A DNA stretch of 64,000 bases, taken from NCBI GenBank assembly GCA_946185485.1, contig CAMHJQ010000003.1:25883-89882 (forward strand), in the 5' to 3' direction. Within the stretch, counting starts at the first letter, position 1; every line of letters starts with the position of its first letter. Below are positions 30,401 to 40,706 of this stretch, piece after piece. The translations under genes and the position numbers were made by a program. The notes beneath the pieces were generated by a model. The model searched no databases. It was not told the origin of the DNA and saw only the letters and a list, made by a program, of their open reading frames with translations. This DNA comes from an uncultured Prevotellaceae bacterium (lineage in GTDB: Bacteria > Bacteroidota > Bacteroidia > Bacteroidales > Bacteroidaceae).

Positions 30401-33121
30401 TCATTTCTTCTGGGATTTCAGGGCTGCCAGTGACTCCTTGAGGGCGGCAATTTTCTCTTCGGCATCGCTCTGCTTCTTACGCTCCATGGCGACGACGGCC
30501 TCGGGGGCGTTCTGCACAAAGCGTTCGTTGGAGAGCTTTTTCATGACACCCTGTAGGAAACCTTCAAGGTGCTTGAGCTGTGCTTCCTGCTTCTCAATCT
30601 CGGCATCGATGTCAATCATCGAACCCAGAGGAACAGCATATTCCACCTTGCCGACCATGAAGGTGCTTGCTGTGGCATCCTTCTCGGTGACCGACGTGAT
30701 GGTGTCGAGGTTGGCCATCTTCACCACTGCAGCAGCATATTGGCCTGTGAGCTGGGAGTTAACAACCTGTAACGTCAGCTTCTCCTTGTTGGCAATGTTC
30801 TTTTGTGCACGGACGGTACGCACGCCGCTGACCACGAGTTTAATGGTCTCCACGTTTTCCAGCAGGATGCTTTCATCCTCGTTGGGGGCGTCCAGTTTCA
30901 GTTCCTGGCGCATGATGCTCTCGCCAGGCTGGCGCTCGTAGAGTGCCTGCCACAGTTCTTCCGTAATGAACGGCATGAAGGGATGGAGCATCTTCAGCAG
31001 TGTGTCGAAGTAGCCCAAGGTAGCATCGAAGGTCATCTGGTTGATGGGTTGTTGCTTGCCATCGACGTAGGCTGGCTTCACCATTTCCAGATACCAACCC
31101 GAGAACTCGTCCCAGAATAGCTTGTAGACAACCATCAGCGCCTCGCTGATGCGGTATTTCGAGAAAAGGTCGTCCAGTTCTGTAGCAGTAGCCTTCAGCT
31201 TTGCGTCAAACCATTTCATGGCCAATTTGTCGGCATCGCTTTGCTCGACATCGCCCACCTGCCAGCCCTTGACCAGTCGGAAGGCATTCCATATCTTGTT
31301 GTTGAAGTTACGGCCTTGTTCGCACAGCGCCTCATCGAAGAGGATATCGTTGCCTGCAGGGGCTGAGAGCATCATGCCCATACGTACACCGTCTGCACCA
31401 AATTTCTCGATGAGTTCAATGGGGTCGGGTGAGTTGCCTAACGACTTTGACATCTTGCGACCCAGTTTGTCGCGTACGATGCCGGTAAAGTAGACATGTT
31501 TGAAGGGCATCTTGCCGACGTATTCGTAGCCGGCCATAATCATACGAGCTACCCAGAAGAAGATGATGTCTGGTCCCGTCACCAAGTCGCTGGTGGGGTA
31601 GTAGTAGCTCAATTCCTCGTTGCCGGGGTTGTTGATGCCGTCGAACAGCGAAATAGGCCACAGCCACGAACTGAACCATGTGTCAAGAGCATCCTCGTCT
31701 TGCCTCAAGTCCGCATCCGTTACCTTCGGATCTTTCTGCTGAGCCAGCAACAGGGCTTTCTCACGGGTCTCAGCAACCACGAAGTCGCCAGCCTCATTGT
31801 AATAGTAGGCAGGTATACGGTGTCCCCACCATAGCTGACGCGAGATGCACCAGTCCTGGATGTTCTCCAACCAGTTTTTATAGGTGTTCTTGTATTTTTC
31901 GGGATAGAACTTGATGTCGTCGTCCATCACGGGCGGTAATGCAATGTCGGCAAAATGTTTCATCTTGAGGAACCACTGCAAAGAGAGGCGCGGCTCGATG
32001 GCAGTGTCAGGGTTGCGCTCAGAGTAGCCCACCTTGTTGGTGTAGTCCTCAATGCGCTCCATTAGGCCAGCAGCCTGCAGGTCTTTGGCAATTTGCTTGC
32101 GGCACTCCATACGGTCCATGCCGACATAGATGGGCGACTGGTCGCTGATGGTGCCGTCGGCATTGAAGATATCAATGGTCTCCAGATTGTGTGTCTTGCC
32201 CAGCATATAGTCGTTGGTATCATGGGCTGGCGTCACCTTCAGACAACCCGTACCAAACTCGATGTCGACATAACGGTCCTCGATGACGGGAATGACGCGG
32301 CCAACCAGCGGAACAATGACCTTGCGGCCTTTCAACCACTGATTTTTCGGGTCTTTGGGGTTGATACACATGGCGGTATCGCCCATGATGGTCTCGGGAC
32401 GGGTAGTAGCCACAACAGCGTAGTAACCCTTGTCATCCTTGTGGATGATATTGCCTTCCGTCTCGTTTGTTGCGATACCGTCGCAACATATTGAACCGTC
32501 GGAGTTGGCGACATAATATTTAAGGTGGAACAAGTGACTGTGCTCCTCCTTGTAGATGACTTCCTCGGTAGAGAGGGCTGTCAGAGCTTTGGGGTCCCAG
32601 TTGACCATTCGCAGACCGCGATAGATAAGCCCTTTATTGTAGAGGTCGACAAAAACCTTGATGACACTCTCGGAGCGTTTCTCGTCCATGGTGAAGGCCG
32701 TACGATCCCAGTCACACGAAGCACCTAAACGGCGCAGTTGCTTCAGGATAATGCCGCCATGCTCGTCAGTCCAGTCCCACGCATGCTTGAGGAACTCGTC
32801 GCGTGTCAGGTCATGCTTCTTGATGCCCTGCTCGGCGAGTTTCTTTACCACCTTGGCTTCGGTGGCAATAGAGGCGTGGTCGGTGCCTGGCACCCAGCAG
32901 GCGTTTTTGCCTTCCATGCGGGCGCGGCGTACCAGAATGTCCTGAATTGTGTTATTCAACATGTGCCCCATGTGCAGAACACCCGTCACATTGGGCGGTG
33001 GAATAACGATGGTGTAGGGTTGACGACTATCGGGTTTTGAGGCGAACAATTTATTGTCCAGCCAGTACTGATACCATTTCGATTCGACCTCTTTTGGGTC
33101 GTATTTACTTGCTAATTCCAT
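30401..33121 (-). CDS. valS: Valine--tRNA ligase
   Basis: [25 protein letters not shown] and KMSKS motifs; C-terminal coiled coil. Confidence 0.98.
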   Translation of the reverse strand: MELASKYDPKEVESKWYQYWLDNKLFASKPDSRQPYTIVIPPPNVTGVLHMGHMLNNTIQDILVRRARMEGKNACWVPGTDHASIATEAKVVKKLAEQGIKKHDLTRDEFLKHAWDWTDEHGGIILKQLRRLGASCDWDRTAFTMDEKRSESVIKVFVDLYNKGLIYRGLRMVNWDPKALTALSTEEVIYKEEHSHLFHLKYYVANSDGSICCDGIATNETEGNIIHKDDKGYYAVVATTRPETIMGDTAMCINPKDPKNQWLKGRKVIVPLVGRVIPVIEDRYVDIEFGTGCLKVTPAHDTNDYMLGKTHNLETIDIFNADGTISDQSPIYVGMDRMECRKQIAKDLQAAGLMERIEDYTNKVGYSERNPDTAIEPRLSLQWFLKMKHFADIALPPVMDDDIKFYPEKYKNTYKNWLENIQDWCISRQLWWGHRIPAYYYNEAGDFVVAETREKALLLAQQKDPKVTDADLRQDEDALDTWFSSWLWPISLFDGINNPGNEELSYYYPTSDLVTGPDIIFFWVARMIMAGYEYVGKMPFKHVYFTGIVRDKLGRKMSKSLGNSPDPIELIEKFGADGVRMGMMLSAPAGNDILFDEALCEQGRNFNNKIWNAFRLVKGWQVGDVEQSDADKLAMKWFDAKLKATATELDDLFSKYRISEALMVVYKLFWDEFSGWYLEMVKPAYVDGKQQPINQMTFDATLGYFDTLLKMLHPFMPFITEELWQALYERQPGESIMRQELKLDAPNEDESILLENVETIKLVVSGVRTVRAQKNIANKEKLTLQVVNSQLTGQYAAAVVKMANLDTITSVTEKDATASTFMVGKVEYAVPLGSMIDIDAEIEKQEAQLKHLEGFLQGVMKKLSNERFVQNAPEAVVAMERKKQSDAEEKIAALKESLAALKSQKK

Positions 33122-33144
33122 ATACCATTATTAAATAATGGGTG

Positions 33145-33204
33145 CAAAGGTACAATTTTTTTTTAAACTATCAATGGTTGTTTCGTTTTTTTTTCTTACC
33201 TTTG
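33145..33204. promoter_or_regulatory. Divergent -7 boxes for valS (33145-33152, minus) and mazG (33197-33204, plus)
   Basis: TACCTTTG occurs once on each strand, each pointing at its gene. Confidence 0.65.
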
Positions 33205-33212
33205 CACTTACT

Positions 33213-34004
33213 ATGAAGCAAATGCATACCCGACAAGAGAAGATGGAGGCCTTTGGACGCCTGCTTGATGTTATGGATACCCTTCGGGAAAAGTGCCCGT
33301 GGGATCGGAAACAGACCAATGACAGCCTGCGCCCTAATACCATAGAAGAAACCTATGAACTTTGCGACGCCCTGATCCGTGACGACCAGCGTGAGATTTG
33401 CAAGGAATTAGGTGATGTGTTGCTGCACGTCGTTTTTTATGGAAGGATAGGTGAGGAGAAGCAGCAGTTTGACATGGCAGATGTCTGCAACAAGTTGTGT
33501 GACAAATTGATATTCCGCCACCCACACGTCTATGGCGAAGCCGTTGCCAAGGATGCAGAAACTGTGCTTGAAAGCTGGGAGCAGATTAAGCTGAAGGAAA
33601 AGGATGGTAATAAGTCGGTTTTATCAGGAGTTCCCGCAGCCCTGCCTTCTCTCATCAAGGCATACCGCATTCAGGACAAGGCACGTAATGTAGGCTTCGA
33701 CTGGGAAGACAAACAGGACGTATGGGCCAAGGTCCGTGAGGAATTGAATGAACTGGAGGAGGAGTTCAGACATGAGGACAAGGCGAAATCAGAACAGGAA
33801 CTTGGTGATTTCCTTTTTGCCGTCATCAATGCTGCCCGGCTCTACAAGCTGAACCCGGACAATGCGTTGGAACTGACCAATCAGAAATTCATCCGTCGTT
33901 TCAACTATCTAGAGGAGCATAGCATTAAGTCGGGCAGACCCCTTACGGAGATGACCTTGGCAGAAATGGATGCCCTGTGGAATGAAGCTAAGGCTCAAGA
34001 ATAG
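33213..34004 (+). CDS. mazG: Nucleoside triphosphate pyrophosphohydrolase MazG
   Basis: CPWDRKQT, EETYE, ELGDVLL and a second-domain ELGDFLF. Confidence 0.95.
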   Translation: MKQMHTRQEKMEAFGRLLDVMDTLREKCPWDRKQTNDSLRPNTIEETYELCDALIRDDQREICKELGDVLLHVVFYGRIGEEKQQFDMADVCNKLCDKLIFRHPHVYGEAVAKDAETVLESWEQIKLKEKDGNKSVLSGVPAALPSLIKAYRIQDKARNVGFDWEDKQDVWAKVREELNELEEEFRHEDKAKSEQELGDFLFAVINAARLYKLNPDNALELTNQKFIRRFNYLEEHSIKSGRPLTEMTLAEMDALWNEAKAQE

Positions 34005-34034
34005 AGATTTGAACAATAAAATAAAGCTGAAACT

Positions 34035-34691
34035 ATGAAGAAATTAGGAGTTTTTGCAATCATTGCCTGTGCATTGCTGATGATGGGCAGTTGTGGTAAC
34101 AAGTCTGAGAAGGTTCCTTTTGACAATGGCGATTCTTCTGCTGTTGCCAATGCCGATCCTACTATCTATGGTGTTTGTGGTGAGGCCACGTCAATGAATA
34201 CCCTGCAGTTGATTACAGATATGGGTGATACGCTGAGCATTGATATGTCTATTGCACAGGAGAATGGACATGTTTATGGTGGAGTTCAGCCAGGTGACCG
34301 TATGGCTGTGCTTGCTAACAAAGAGCGTACTGAGGCTGAAATGGTTATCAATCAGACAACGCTGTTAGGTAACTGGGTTATGCCCAATCCATTGGACGGT
34401 TCCGATGAAGTAGGCATTAGTCTCAAGGAGGGCGGAATCGCGGAGAGCATAGATCAAGGAAGCATTATTTATAAGACATGGCGTCTGAGTCGTGGAAAGT
34501 TGGAGGTCGTTCTGGTACGTGAAGGCGGCAGCGAGGAAGAAGAGACATGTTACTACGATATTGTAAAATTAGGTGCCGACTCGCTGGTATATAAAGATGG
34601 TGATGAACTCTATGAGTATAGTCGCCAGAAGCCAAAGGAAGAACAGCATGTAATTGAACTGGAAGACGCCGACAAGGAGTTCTTTATGTAG
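34035..34691 (+). CDS. Lipoprotein with lipocalin-like domain
   Basis: MGSC lipobox; LLGNW...GISLKEGGIAESI...YKTW pattern. Confidence 0.65.
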   Translation: MKKLGVFAIIACALLMMGSCGNKSEKVPFDNGDSSAVANADPTIYGVCGEATSMNTLQLITDMGDTLSIDMSIAQENGHVYGGVQPGDRMAVLANKERTEAEMVINQTTLLGNWVMPNPLDGSDEVGISLKEGGIAESIDQGSIIYKTWRLSRGKLEVVLVREGGSEEEETCYYDIVKLGADSLVYKDGDELYEYSRQKPKEEQHVIELEDADKEFFM

Positions 34692-34704
34692 TGTGTAGTT
34701 TCCG

Positions 34705-35619
34705 ATGGAACCGTTTAAAGTCCATATCTTAGGATGCGGAAGTGCTTTGCCTACCATGCGCCATTATGCTTCGTCACAGGTGGTGGAGGTGAGAGGTAAA
34801 CTCTTTATGGTCGATTGTGCTGAAGGTACTCAGATACAATTGCGGCGCTCTCGTATTCGCTTTACTAAGTTAGGGGCTGTCTTTATCTCCCATCTGCATG
34901 GTGACCACTGCTTTGGATTGATAGGCATGATTAGTACATTCGCCTTATTGGGACGTACTGCTACTTTACATGTCTATGCTCCGGCAGCATTAGGCCCTAT
35001 GTTGGAAGCGCAACTGAGCCTGTTCTTTCAACATTTGGACTTTGAAGTGTCGTTTCATGCTGTAGATACCACCAAGCAGCAAGTCATTTACGAGGATCGT
35101 TCGGTCACCATTGAGTCTATCCCTTTAGAGCACCGAATGCCCTGTTGTGGTTTCTTATTTAGGGAAAAACGGCAGCAGCCTCATATCCGCCGTGATATGA
35201 TGGACTTCTATCGGATACCAATTAGCCAGGTTAACAATATCAAGGCCGGTGCTGACTGGATAACGGAGGAGGGGGAACGGGTGCCTAATTGCCTGTTGGT
35301 TATCCCAGCAGCCTCTGCTCGTAGCTATGCCTATTGCAGCGATACACGTTATATTCCTTCTTTGCACCAGTGTCTGTTGGGGGTGGACACGCTTTATCAT
35401 GAGAGTACCTACGGCGATGACAGCGTGTTGCGGGCAGAGAAGTATTGGCATTCTACGGCTCGTCAGGCTGCTCAAGTGGCTCGCGATGCTGGTGTCGGAA
35501 AGCTCCTGCTGGGACATTATTCCTCACGTTATGAAGACGAAAGAGTGCTACTCAATGAGGCCCGTGAGGTGTTTCCAAATGCGTTTTTGACAAACGAACA
35601 GGATGTTTTTGATGTGTGA
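34705..35619 (+). CDS. rnz: Ribonuclease Z
   Basis: LGCGSALP, DCAEGTQ, HLHGDH, SDT, HEST, HST and GHYSSRY motifs. Confidence 0.95.
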   Translation: MEPFKVHILGCGSALPTMRHYASSQVVEVRGKLFMVDCAEGTQIQLRRSRIRFTKLGAVFISHLHGDHCFGLIGMISTFALLGRTATLHVYAPAALGPMLEAQLSLFFQHLDFEVSFHAVDTTKQQVIYEDRSVTIESIPLEHRMPCCGFLFREKRQQPHIRRDMMDFYRIPISQVNNIKAGADWITEEGERVPNCLLVIPAASARSYAYCSDTRYIPSLHQCLLGVDTLYHESTYGDDSVLRAEKYWHSTARQAAQVARDAGVGKLLLGHYSSRYEDERVLLNEAREVFPNAFLTNEQDVFDV

Positions 35620-35697
35620 GAGCATCTTTTTATGCGAAAAATTTGGTAGTTTCGCAAATTATTAGTACTTTTGCAAAGATTATATAGTGAATAGCTT

Positions 35698-36009
35698 ATG
35701 AAGAAACGACTACTCATCATTTCTCTTGTTACGTCTTTCGCTTTGACGATGCCAGTCGCCAGAGCAGCCTCCAATGCTGAGCCAGCTCTTCTTGAGCAGG
35801 TACAGGAGGATATTACCATATCTGTATCGGGACAGACGGTTCTGATCAATGGAGCTCAGGGAAAAACATTAGAGGTCATTTCACTGACAGGCCGTCAGGT
35901 GTTAACTGTTAAAATCGACAGCCCCTCACAACGCATAGAACTTAACGTACCTAAAGGTTGCTATATCTTGAAAATTGGCAAAGTGGCAAGAAAGGTGGCT
36001 ATCCGCTGA
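35698..36009 (+). CDS. Small exported protein consisting of a T9SS type-A CTD-like domain
   Basis: Signal peptide followed by SLTGRQV...PKGCYILKI...KVAIR. Promoter boxes: TTTG at 35642 and TACTTTTG at 35666-35673. Confidence 0.7.
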   Translation: MKKRLLIISLVTSFALTMPVARAASNAEPALLEQVQEDITISVSGQTVLINGAQGKTLEVISLTGRQVLTVKIDSPSQRIELNVPKGCYILKIGKVARKVAIR

Positions 36010-37547
36010 TACTCGTCTTGTCGCTGATGTTGCTCCTCGTCATAGGATGCAGCAATCGGGATGCCGGAAGGAATAAACAAATAACAATGGAGGCGTTTTC
36101 TGACATGAGGACGCCTGCTTTTGTTTTTACTCTTGACGATATCCATTCCCGACTGCAGGTAGAGGTCAGGTCTGATACTGGTAATACGGAAGCTGACCGG
36201 CAAACACGTAACTACTATCGTCAAGCTGCAAATGGCCTGATCTGGATTAGTCGCATGGGTGTTAACGAGTGTGCTGACACATTGCTGTCGTGGTTGCGGC
36301 AAGTTGGCGAGTCGGGGTTCTCTGAGCGTTCATTTATGGTAAGTGCTATTGAGTCTGATTTGATTCGTTTACGTACGCTTGATTTCTATGGAGACAATCA
36401 CGACATCAACCAGATAGCCGGCCGGTTGGAATATAACCTGACCAAGGCCTGCCTGCGTTACTGTTATGGTCAGCGGTTTGGCTTCACCAATCCTTTCCAA
36501 CTTTTTAATAATATGGATGTCGAGAAGCAGGATACATTGCGAAAAACTACGAAATATCGTACATTATATGATGTAGCGATGGACTTGCCCTCTAAAAAAT
36601 ATGCCCAAGACATTTTGCGCAAAGTACGCCAAGACAGTCTGACGGCCTATCTGCACGAAATACAACCTTCCAGCCATTATTACCATCAGTTGAAGGCGAT
36701 GCTCACCCATGCAACCGCCTCGGAGCAGCGTCGCCGCATTCTGGTGAATATGGAGCGTGCACGATGGCGTTGTCGCCAACCTATCCCTGAAGTCGGTAAA
36801 CGCATCATTGTCAATATCCCAGCCTACCACCTCTACGCCTATGACGGGGGACCTGTCTTGGATATGCGGGTGGTCTGCGGAACACAGAGGACTAAGACCC
36901 CTCAGTTGCGTAGTTATGTGGAATGGATGGAAATCAATCCTCAGTGGGTAATTCCTATGAGCATCGTAGAGCATGATGTAGCGCGTCATGCTGGTGACTC
37001 GGCCTATTTTGCACGTAATCGCTATAACATCTACGAACGATCCACCAACAGGCAGATGGCTGTTCATGCTGTGTCCCGTCAGATGTTGCTTAGCGGTAAT
37101 TATCGGGTTGCTCAGGAAGGGGGGAAGGGAAACTCTCTGGGACGTATCGTCTTCCGATTCAAGAATAACCATTCTGTTTTCCTGCACGATACCTCCAACC
37201 CCGGGGCTTTCAATCGAGAGTCACGTGCCGCGTCACATGGTTGTGTCCGTGTTTCTAGCCCCTTTGAACTAGCCAATTTCGTTCTTGACAATCCTGACGA
37301 GTGGCTCTTAGACCGTATTCGTATTTCGATGGGATTAGCTCCTGAGACAGAGCGGGGCATCGACTATGTTGGTAAACATCGCGAAGACGACCGCAAGCTG
37401 ATTGGCTATGTTCCGGTAAAGCCTCGCGTACCTCTTTATATTATATATAATACACTCTGGCCTGATGCGGACGGCATGCTTCAGACATGGCCTGACGTTT
37501 ATGGTTATGATGATGTTATTTGGAAACATTTACAACCATATCTATGA
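35958..37547 (+). CDS. L,D-transpeptidase (YcbB/LdtD-like) lipoprotein; start codon uncertain
   Basis: VNMERARW, VNIP, VVCG...TP, NPQW, NSLGRIVF, FLHDT and SHGCVRV motifs; VIGC lipobox. Confidence 0.9.
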   Translation: MLYLENWQSGKKGGYPLILVLSLMLLLVIGCSNRDAGRNKQITMEAFSDMRTPAFVFTLDDIHSRLQVEVRSDTGNTEADRQTRNYYRQAANGLIWISRMGVNECADTLLSWLRQVGESGFSERSFMVSAIESDLIRLRTLDFYGDNHDINQIAGRLEYNLTKACLRYCYGQRFGFTNPFQLFNNMDVEKQDTLRKTTKYRTLYDVAMDLPSKKYAQDILRKVRQDSLTAYLHEIQPSSHYYHQLKAMLTHATASEQRRRILVNMERARWRCRQPIPEVGKRIIVNIPAYHLYAYDGGPVLDMRVVCGTQRTKTPQLRSYVEWMEINPQWVIPMSIVEHDVARHAGDSAYFARNRYNIYERSTNRQMAVHAVSRQMLLSGNYRVAQEGGKGNSLGRIVFRFKNNHSVFLHDTSNPGAFNRESRAASHGCVRVSSPFELANFVLDNPDEWLLDRIRISMGLAPETERGIDYVGKHREDDRKLIGYVPVKPRVPLYIIYNTLWPDADGMLQTWPDVYGYDDVIWKHLQPYL

Positions 37548-37548
37548 G

Positions 37549-38100
37549 ATGACGAAGATTGACGAACAATTGCTAGTACAACAGCTATCTGACCCGAAGA
37601 TGCAGCGAAAGGCATTCGAGATGGTGGTGCGCGAGTATAGCGAAAGGCTATACTGGCAGGTGCGTCGTATTGTACTGACACACGATGATGCTGATGACGT
37701 TGTCCAGAACGTCTTTATCAAGGCGTGGACCCACCTGGACGACTTCCATAGCGATTCCAAACTCTCTACCTGGCTCTATCGTATTGCAGTTAATGAGAGC
37801 ATCGACTTTATGCGCCGACGAAAGAATCAACTCTCCGTCAGCACAGATGATGTGGAGAGTGGCGTTGCCAACCAACTGATGGCAGACAACTATTTTGATG
37901 GTGATGAGACTGAAGCACAACTTCAGGAAGCTATTTCGCGATTGCCGGATGTGCAGCGCATGGTGTTCAATATGCGCTACTATGATGAGATGAAATATAG
38001 TGAGATAAGCCAGATCCTGCATACCTCTGAAGGGGCGTTGAAGGCTTCATATCATATCGCAGTGAAAAAGATTTCTGATTTTTTTAAACAACACGATTAA
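37549..38100 (+). CDS. ECF sigma-70 factor
   Basis: DADDVVQNVF, STWLYRIAVN and region 4 LPDVQR...YSEIS...SEGALK. Confidence 0.92.
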   Translation: MTKIDEQLLVQQLSDPKMQRKAFEMVVREYSERLYWQVRRIVLTHDDADDVVQNVFIKAWTHLDDFHSDSKLSTWLYRIAVNESIDFMRRRKNQLSVSTDDVESGVANQLMADNYFDGDETEAQLQEAISRLPDVQRMVFNMRYYDEMKYSEISQILHTSEGALKASYHIAVKKISDFFKQHD

Positions 38101-38142
38101 ACCATCGCTGTTTTATATCGTCCAAAAAACAAAAGATTAATT

Positions 38143-38523
38143 ATGGAAAACGAAGAGAAATATATCAGGATGAAGATGGGAGACAAGTCTCCTTTCCGTG
38201 TGCCGGAAGGCTATTTCGACCAACTGGCATCGCGGGTAATGAGTCAGTTGCCTGAACAGGCGACAATCCAGCAGCTTGAGCAGCAGCCCCGCCGACAGTC
38301 ACGATTGGTGGCTCTGCGCCCATGGCTCTATGCCGCAGCTTGTGTCGTCGCTGTTGTCGTGTTGGCGCTGACATTCCATTTCCATCAGCGTGTAGTAGAG
38401 CCTTATGAGCAGCCTATGGCTACCGTATCGGCACCGGTTGACGACGAGTATATTGATGATGTTGCCGACTATGTCATGCTGGACAATACAGAGATATACG
38501 CCTATCTTGCTGAAAATAACTAA
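38143..38523 (+). CDS. Single-pass membrane protein, probable anti-sigma factor
   Basis: PFRVPEGYFD motif, one TM helix, directly after the ECF sigma gene. Confidence 0.65.
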   Translation: MENEEKYIRMKMGDKSPFRVPEGYFDQLASRVMSQLPEQATIQQLEQQPRRQSRLVALRPWLYAAACVVAVVVLALTFHFHQRVVEPYEQPMATVSAPVDDEYIDDVADYVMLDNTEIYAYLAENN

Positions 38524-38972
38524 TGAATGAAAGAATGATGAAAAAGTGTGTTTTTATATTTCTGACTTTCCTGACAGTGGTCACTGCCAGTGCACAGGAA
38601 CATAAGTTCTCGCCCGAGAAGTTTCAAGCTGACATGGAGGCGTTTCTGGCCCGTGAGGCTAATCTCACCCAGCAGGAGGCGGCTCGTCTGTTCCCTATTT
38701 TCCGTGAGATGCACCAGAAGCAGCGTGCTGTCTACGGTCGTATGCGTAAGCTCTCTCAGGAAAAACCTGCTGATGAGGCTGCTTGTGCCAAGGTTATCAG
38801 TGAATGTGACAAGATGAATATAGAACTGAAGCAGATTGAGCAGCAGTATCATAAGAAAATGTTGCGGGAAGTGTCAGCCTTCAAGGTGTCAGCCGTCATT
38901 ATGGCCGAGAGCCGTTTCCATCGCAATATGATGAAGGGCTGGCAGAGAGGTGGTAGGGGCAGACGTCCCTGA
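38523..38972 (+). CDS. Exported helical protein (Spy/CpxP-like), third gene of the ECF cluster
   Basis: Signal peptide; LTQQEAARLFPIF helical motif. Confidence 0.55.
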   Translation: MNERMMKKCVFIFLTFLTVVTASAQEHKFSPEKFQADMEAFLAREANLTQQEAARLFPIFREMHQKQRAVYGRMRKLSQEKPADEAACAKVISECDKMNIELKQIEQQYHKKMLREVSAFKVSAVIMAESRFHRNMMKGWQRGGRGRRP

Positions 38973-39576
38973 TGTCACACTTTCCGCAATGTGGCGTGCG
39001 TGCTGTACAGACATAGCGCCCGTGCAGTAGCAGCCAGTGGTGAGCCCGGGGAATATCTTCCTCGGGTATGTTTTTTACCAGTACCTGTTCCACTTTATAG
39101 GGTGTGTCGTCCTTGGGCGATACCAGTCCCAGACGGTGGCTGACGCGGAATACATGGGTGTCGACAGCCATCGCCGACTTACCGAAAGCCACACTCTGAA
39201 TCACATTAGCTGTCTTGCGCCCCACACCGGGCAAGTCTAAGAGCAGGTTCATGTCCGACGGAATCCCTCCGTTATATTTTTCTGCCACCATGCGAGCCAT
39301 CTTCACCAGATGTGCTGCTTTGGAGTTGGGGTAGGAAACACTACTGATGTATTCTAGCACATCTTCCGGTTCTGCTAGGGCCATCGACTGGGCGTCGGGG
39401 TAGTGTCGGAACAACTCTGGTGTCACTTGGTTAATACGCTTGTCCGTGCACTGGGCACTTAGAATGACCGCCACCAACAATTGGAATACGCTGCCGAATT
39501 CCAGTTCCGTCTGCACCTCTGGCATTTCCTTTCGGAAGTACTGCAGGATATAGTCGTATCTCTCTCTTCTGGTCAT
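38899..39576 (-). CDS. nth: Endonuclease III
   Basis: LSAQCTD, HhH LPGVGRKTAN, VDTHV and C-x6-C-x2-C-x5-C motifs. Confidence 0.95.
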   Translation of the reverse strand: MTRRERYDYILQYFRKEMPEVQTELEFGSVFQLLVAVILSAQCTDKRINQVTPELFRHYPDAQSMALAEPEDVLEYISSVSYPNSKAAHLVKMARMVAEKYNGGIPSDMNLLLDLPGVGRKTANVIQSVAFGKSAMAVDTHVFRVSHRLGLVSPKDDTPYKVEQVLVKNIPEEDIPRAHHWLLLHGRYVCTARTPHCGKCDIRDVCPYHLSASPSSYCDGNGSRP

Positions 39577-39580
39577 TCGA

Positions 39581-40183
39581 TTATCCAATCTGTTGCAGGC
39601 GGGCAATATACTTACCGATGATGTCGAACTCCAGGTTCACTACCGACCCCACCTTGATGTCGCAGAAGTTCGTGTGTTCAAAGGTGTAAGGGATGATGGC
39701 CACCTGGAAACTGTTCTCCGTGGGGTTGCAGACCGTCAGGCTGACGCCGTTCACGGTCACTGAACCTTTGTCTACGGTGAAGTATCCATTGCGGGCCATG
39801 GCCTTGTCCTGCTTGTATTCAAAGGTGAAATAGGTGCTTCCATTGGCATCCTCCACAGCAGTACACTGTGCCGTCTCGTCCACGTGTCCCTGTACGATGT
39901 GCCCATCCAAGCGTCCGTTCATGAGCATCGAACGTTCTACGTTCACCTTGTCGCCTACCTTCAGAAGGCCTAAGTTCGAGCGGTCCAGCGTCTCTTTCAT
40001 GGCTGTCACCGTGTAGGAACCGTTTTCAATCTTGACGACCGTCAGGCAAACCCCATTATGGGCCACGCTCTGGTCGATGCCCAGTTCGTCAACAAACGAA
40101 CAGCGCAGGGTAAAATCGATATTCTCTCTATCTTTCTGGATGGCTACAACGGTAGCAAATTCTTCTATGATTCCGGAAAACAT
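39581..40183 (-). CDS. ribE: Riboflavin synthase (alpha chain)
   Basis: MFSGIIE, SVAHNGVCLTV, GHIVQGHVD and KGSVTVNGVSLTV motifs. Confidence 0.95.
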   Translation of the reverse strand: MFSGIIEEFATVVAIQKDRENIDFTLRCSFVDELGIDQSVAHNGVCLTVVKIENGSYTVTAMKETLDRSNLGLLKVGDKVNVERSMLMNGRLDGHIVQGHVDETAQCTAVEDANGSTYFTFEYKQDKAMARNGYFTVDKGSVTVNGVSLTVCNPTENSFQVAIIPYTFEHTNFCDIKVGSVVNLEFDIIGKYIARLQQIG

Positions 40184-40231
40184 AACACTTTACGATAAAC
40201 AACTGTAAATTAAATCATTAATGTTTATGTG

Positions 40232-40421
40232 AAAAAAGGGGTCGCCCGATGATGTGATGAAAACTCCTTTGTTAAAAGATTTGAGCGCTCTCCGCCTTTG
40301 TAATCCATCGGCCTTGCGGCTTCTCACCGGAGTGAGACTATGGCCCGCCATTGGCAAGAGAAGACATCTCGGTTTTCAATGTAATTTGATGAGTATCCCG
40401 ATCGAATCGGCACGACCCCTG
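40232..40421 (-). ncRNA. ssrS: About 190-nt rod-like ncRNA, probable 6S RNA
   Basis: A -7 box TACCTTTG lies at 40438-40445. The 5' AGGGGUCG..CCGAU pairs with the 3' AUCGG..CGACCCCU, followed by a U-run. Length and end-to-end pairing fit 6S RNA; no covariance search was run. Confidence 0.65.
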
Positions 40422-40706
40422 TTTTTTTTATTTTCTGCAAAGGTAAGCAAAATATGTCGGATTTGTACCTTAGTTACCTATAAAAATCATTAAATCGCTG
40501 CAAATTGTTTGTCCCCGTTGATTCTATGCCTTGACAGCATTTAAAATTGCTTAAAATGTTTCGCTGTTTCACAGAAAAGTGCTACCTTTGTACGCTGTTT
40601 GAAATAGGCAAAAATGCGCTGGCGGGCTTTTAAATGCCCTTAAACGCGAAATCGCCTAAAAAATATAAAGGTGTAAAAGAGATAATAGCAAAGTAAATAA
40701 TCAATA

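Noticed and set aside
40232..40421. FMN riboswitch upstream of riboflavin synthase
   Set aside because: The conserved FMN aptamer segments (GGGGTGAAATTCCC...GGATG) are not recognisable; the fold is an end-to-end rod.
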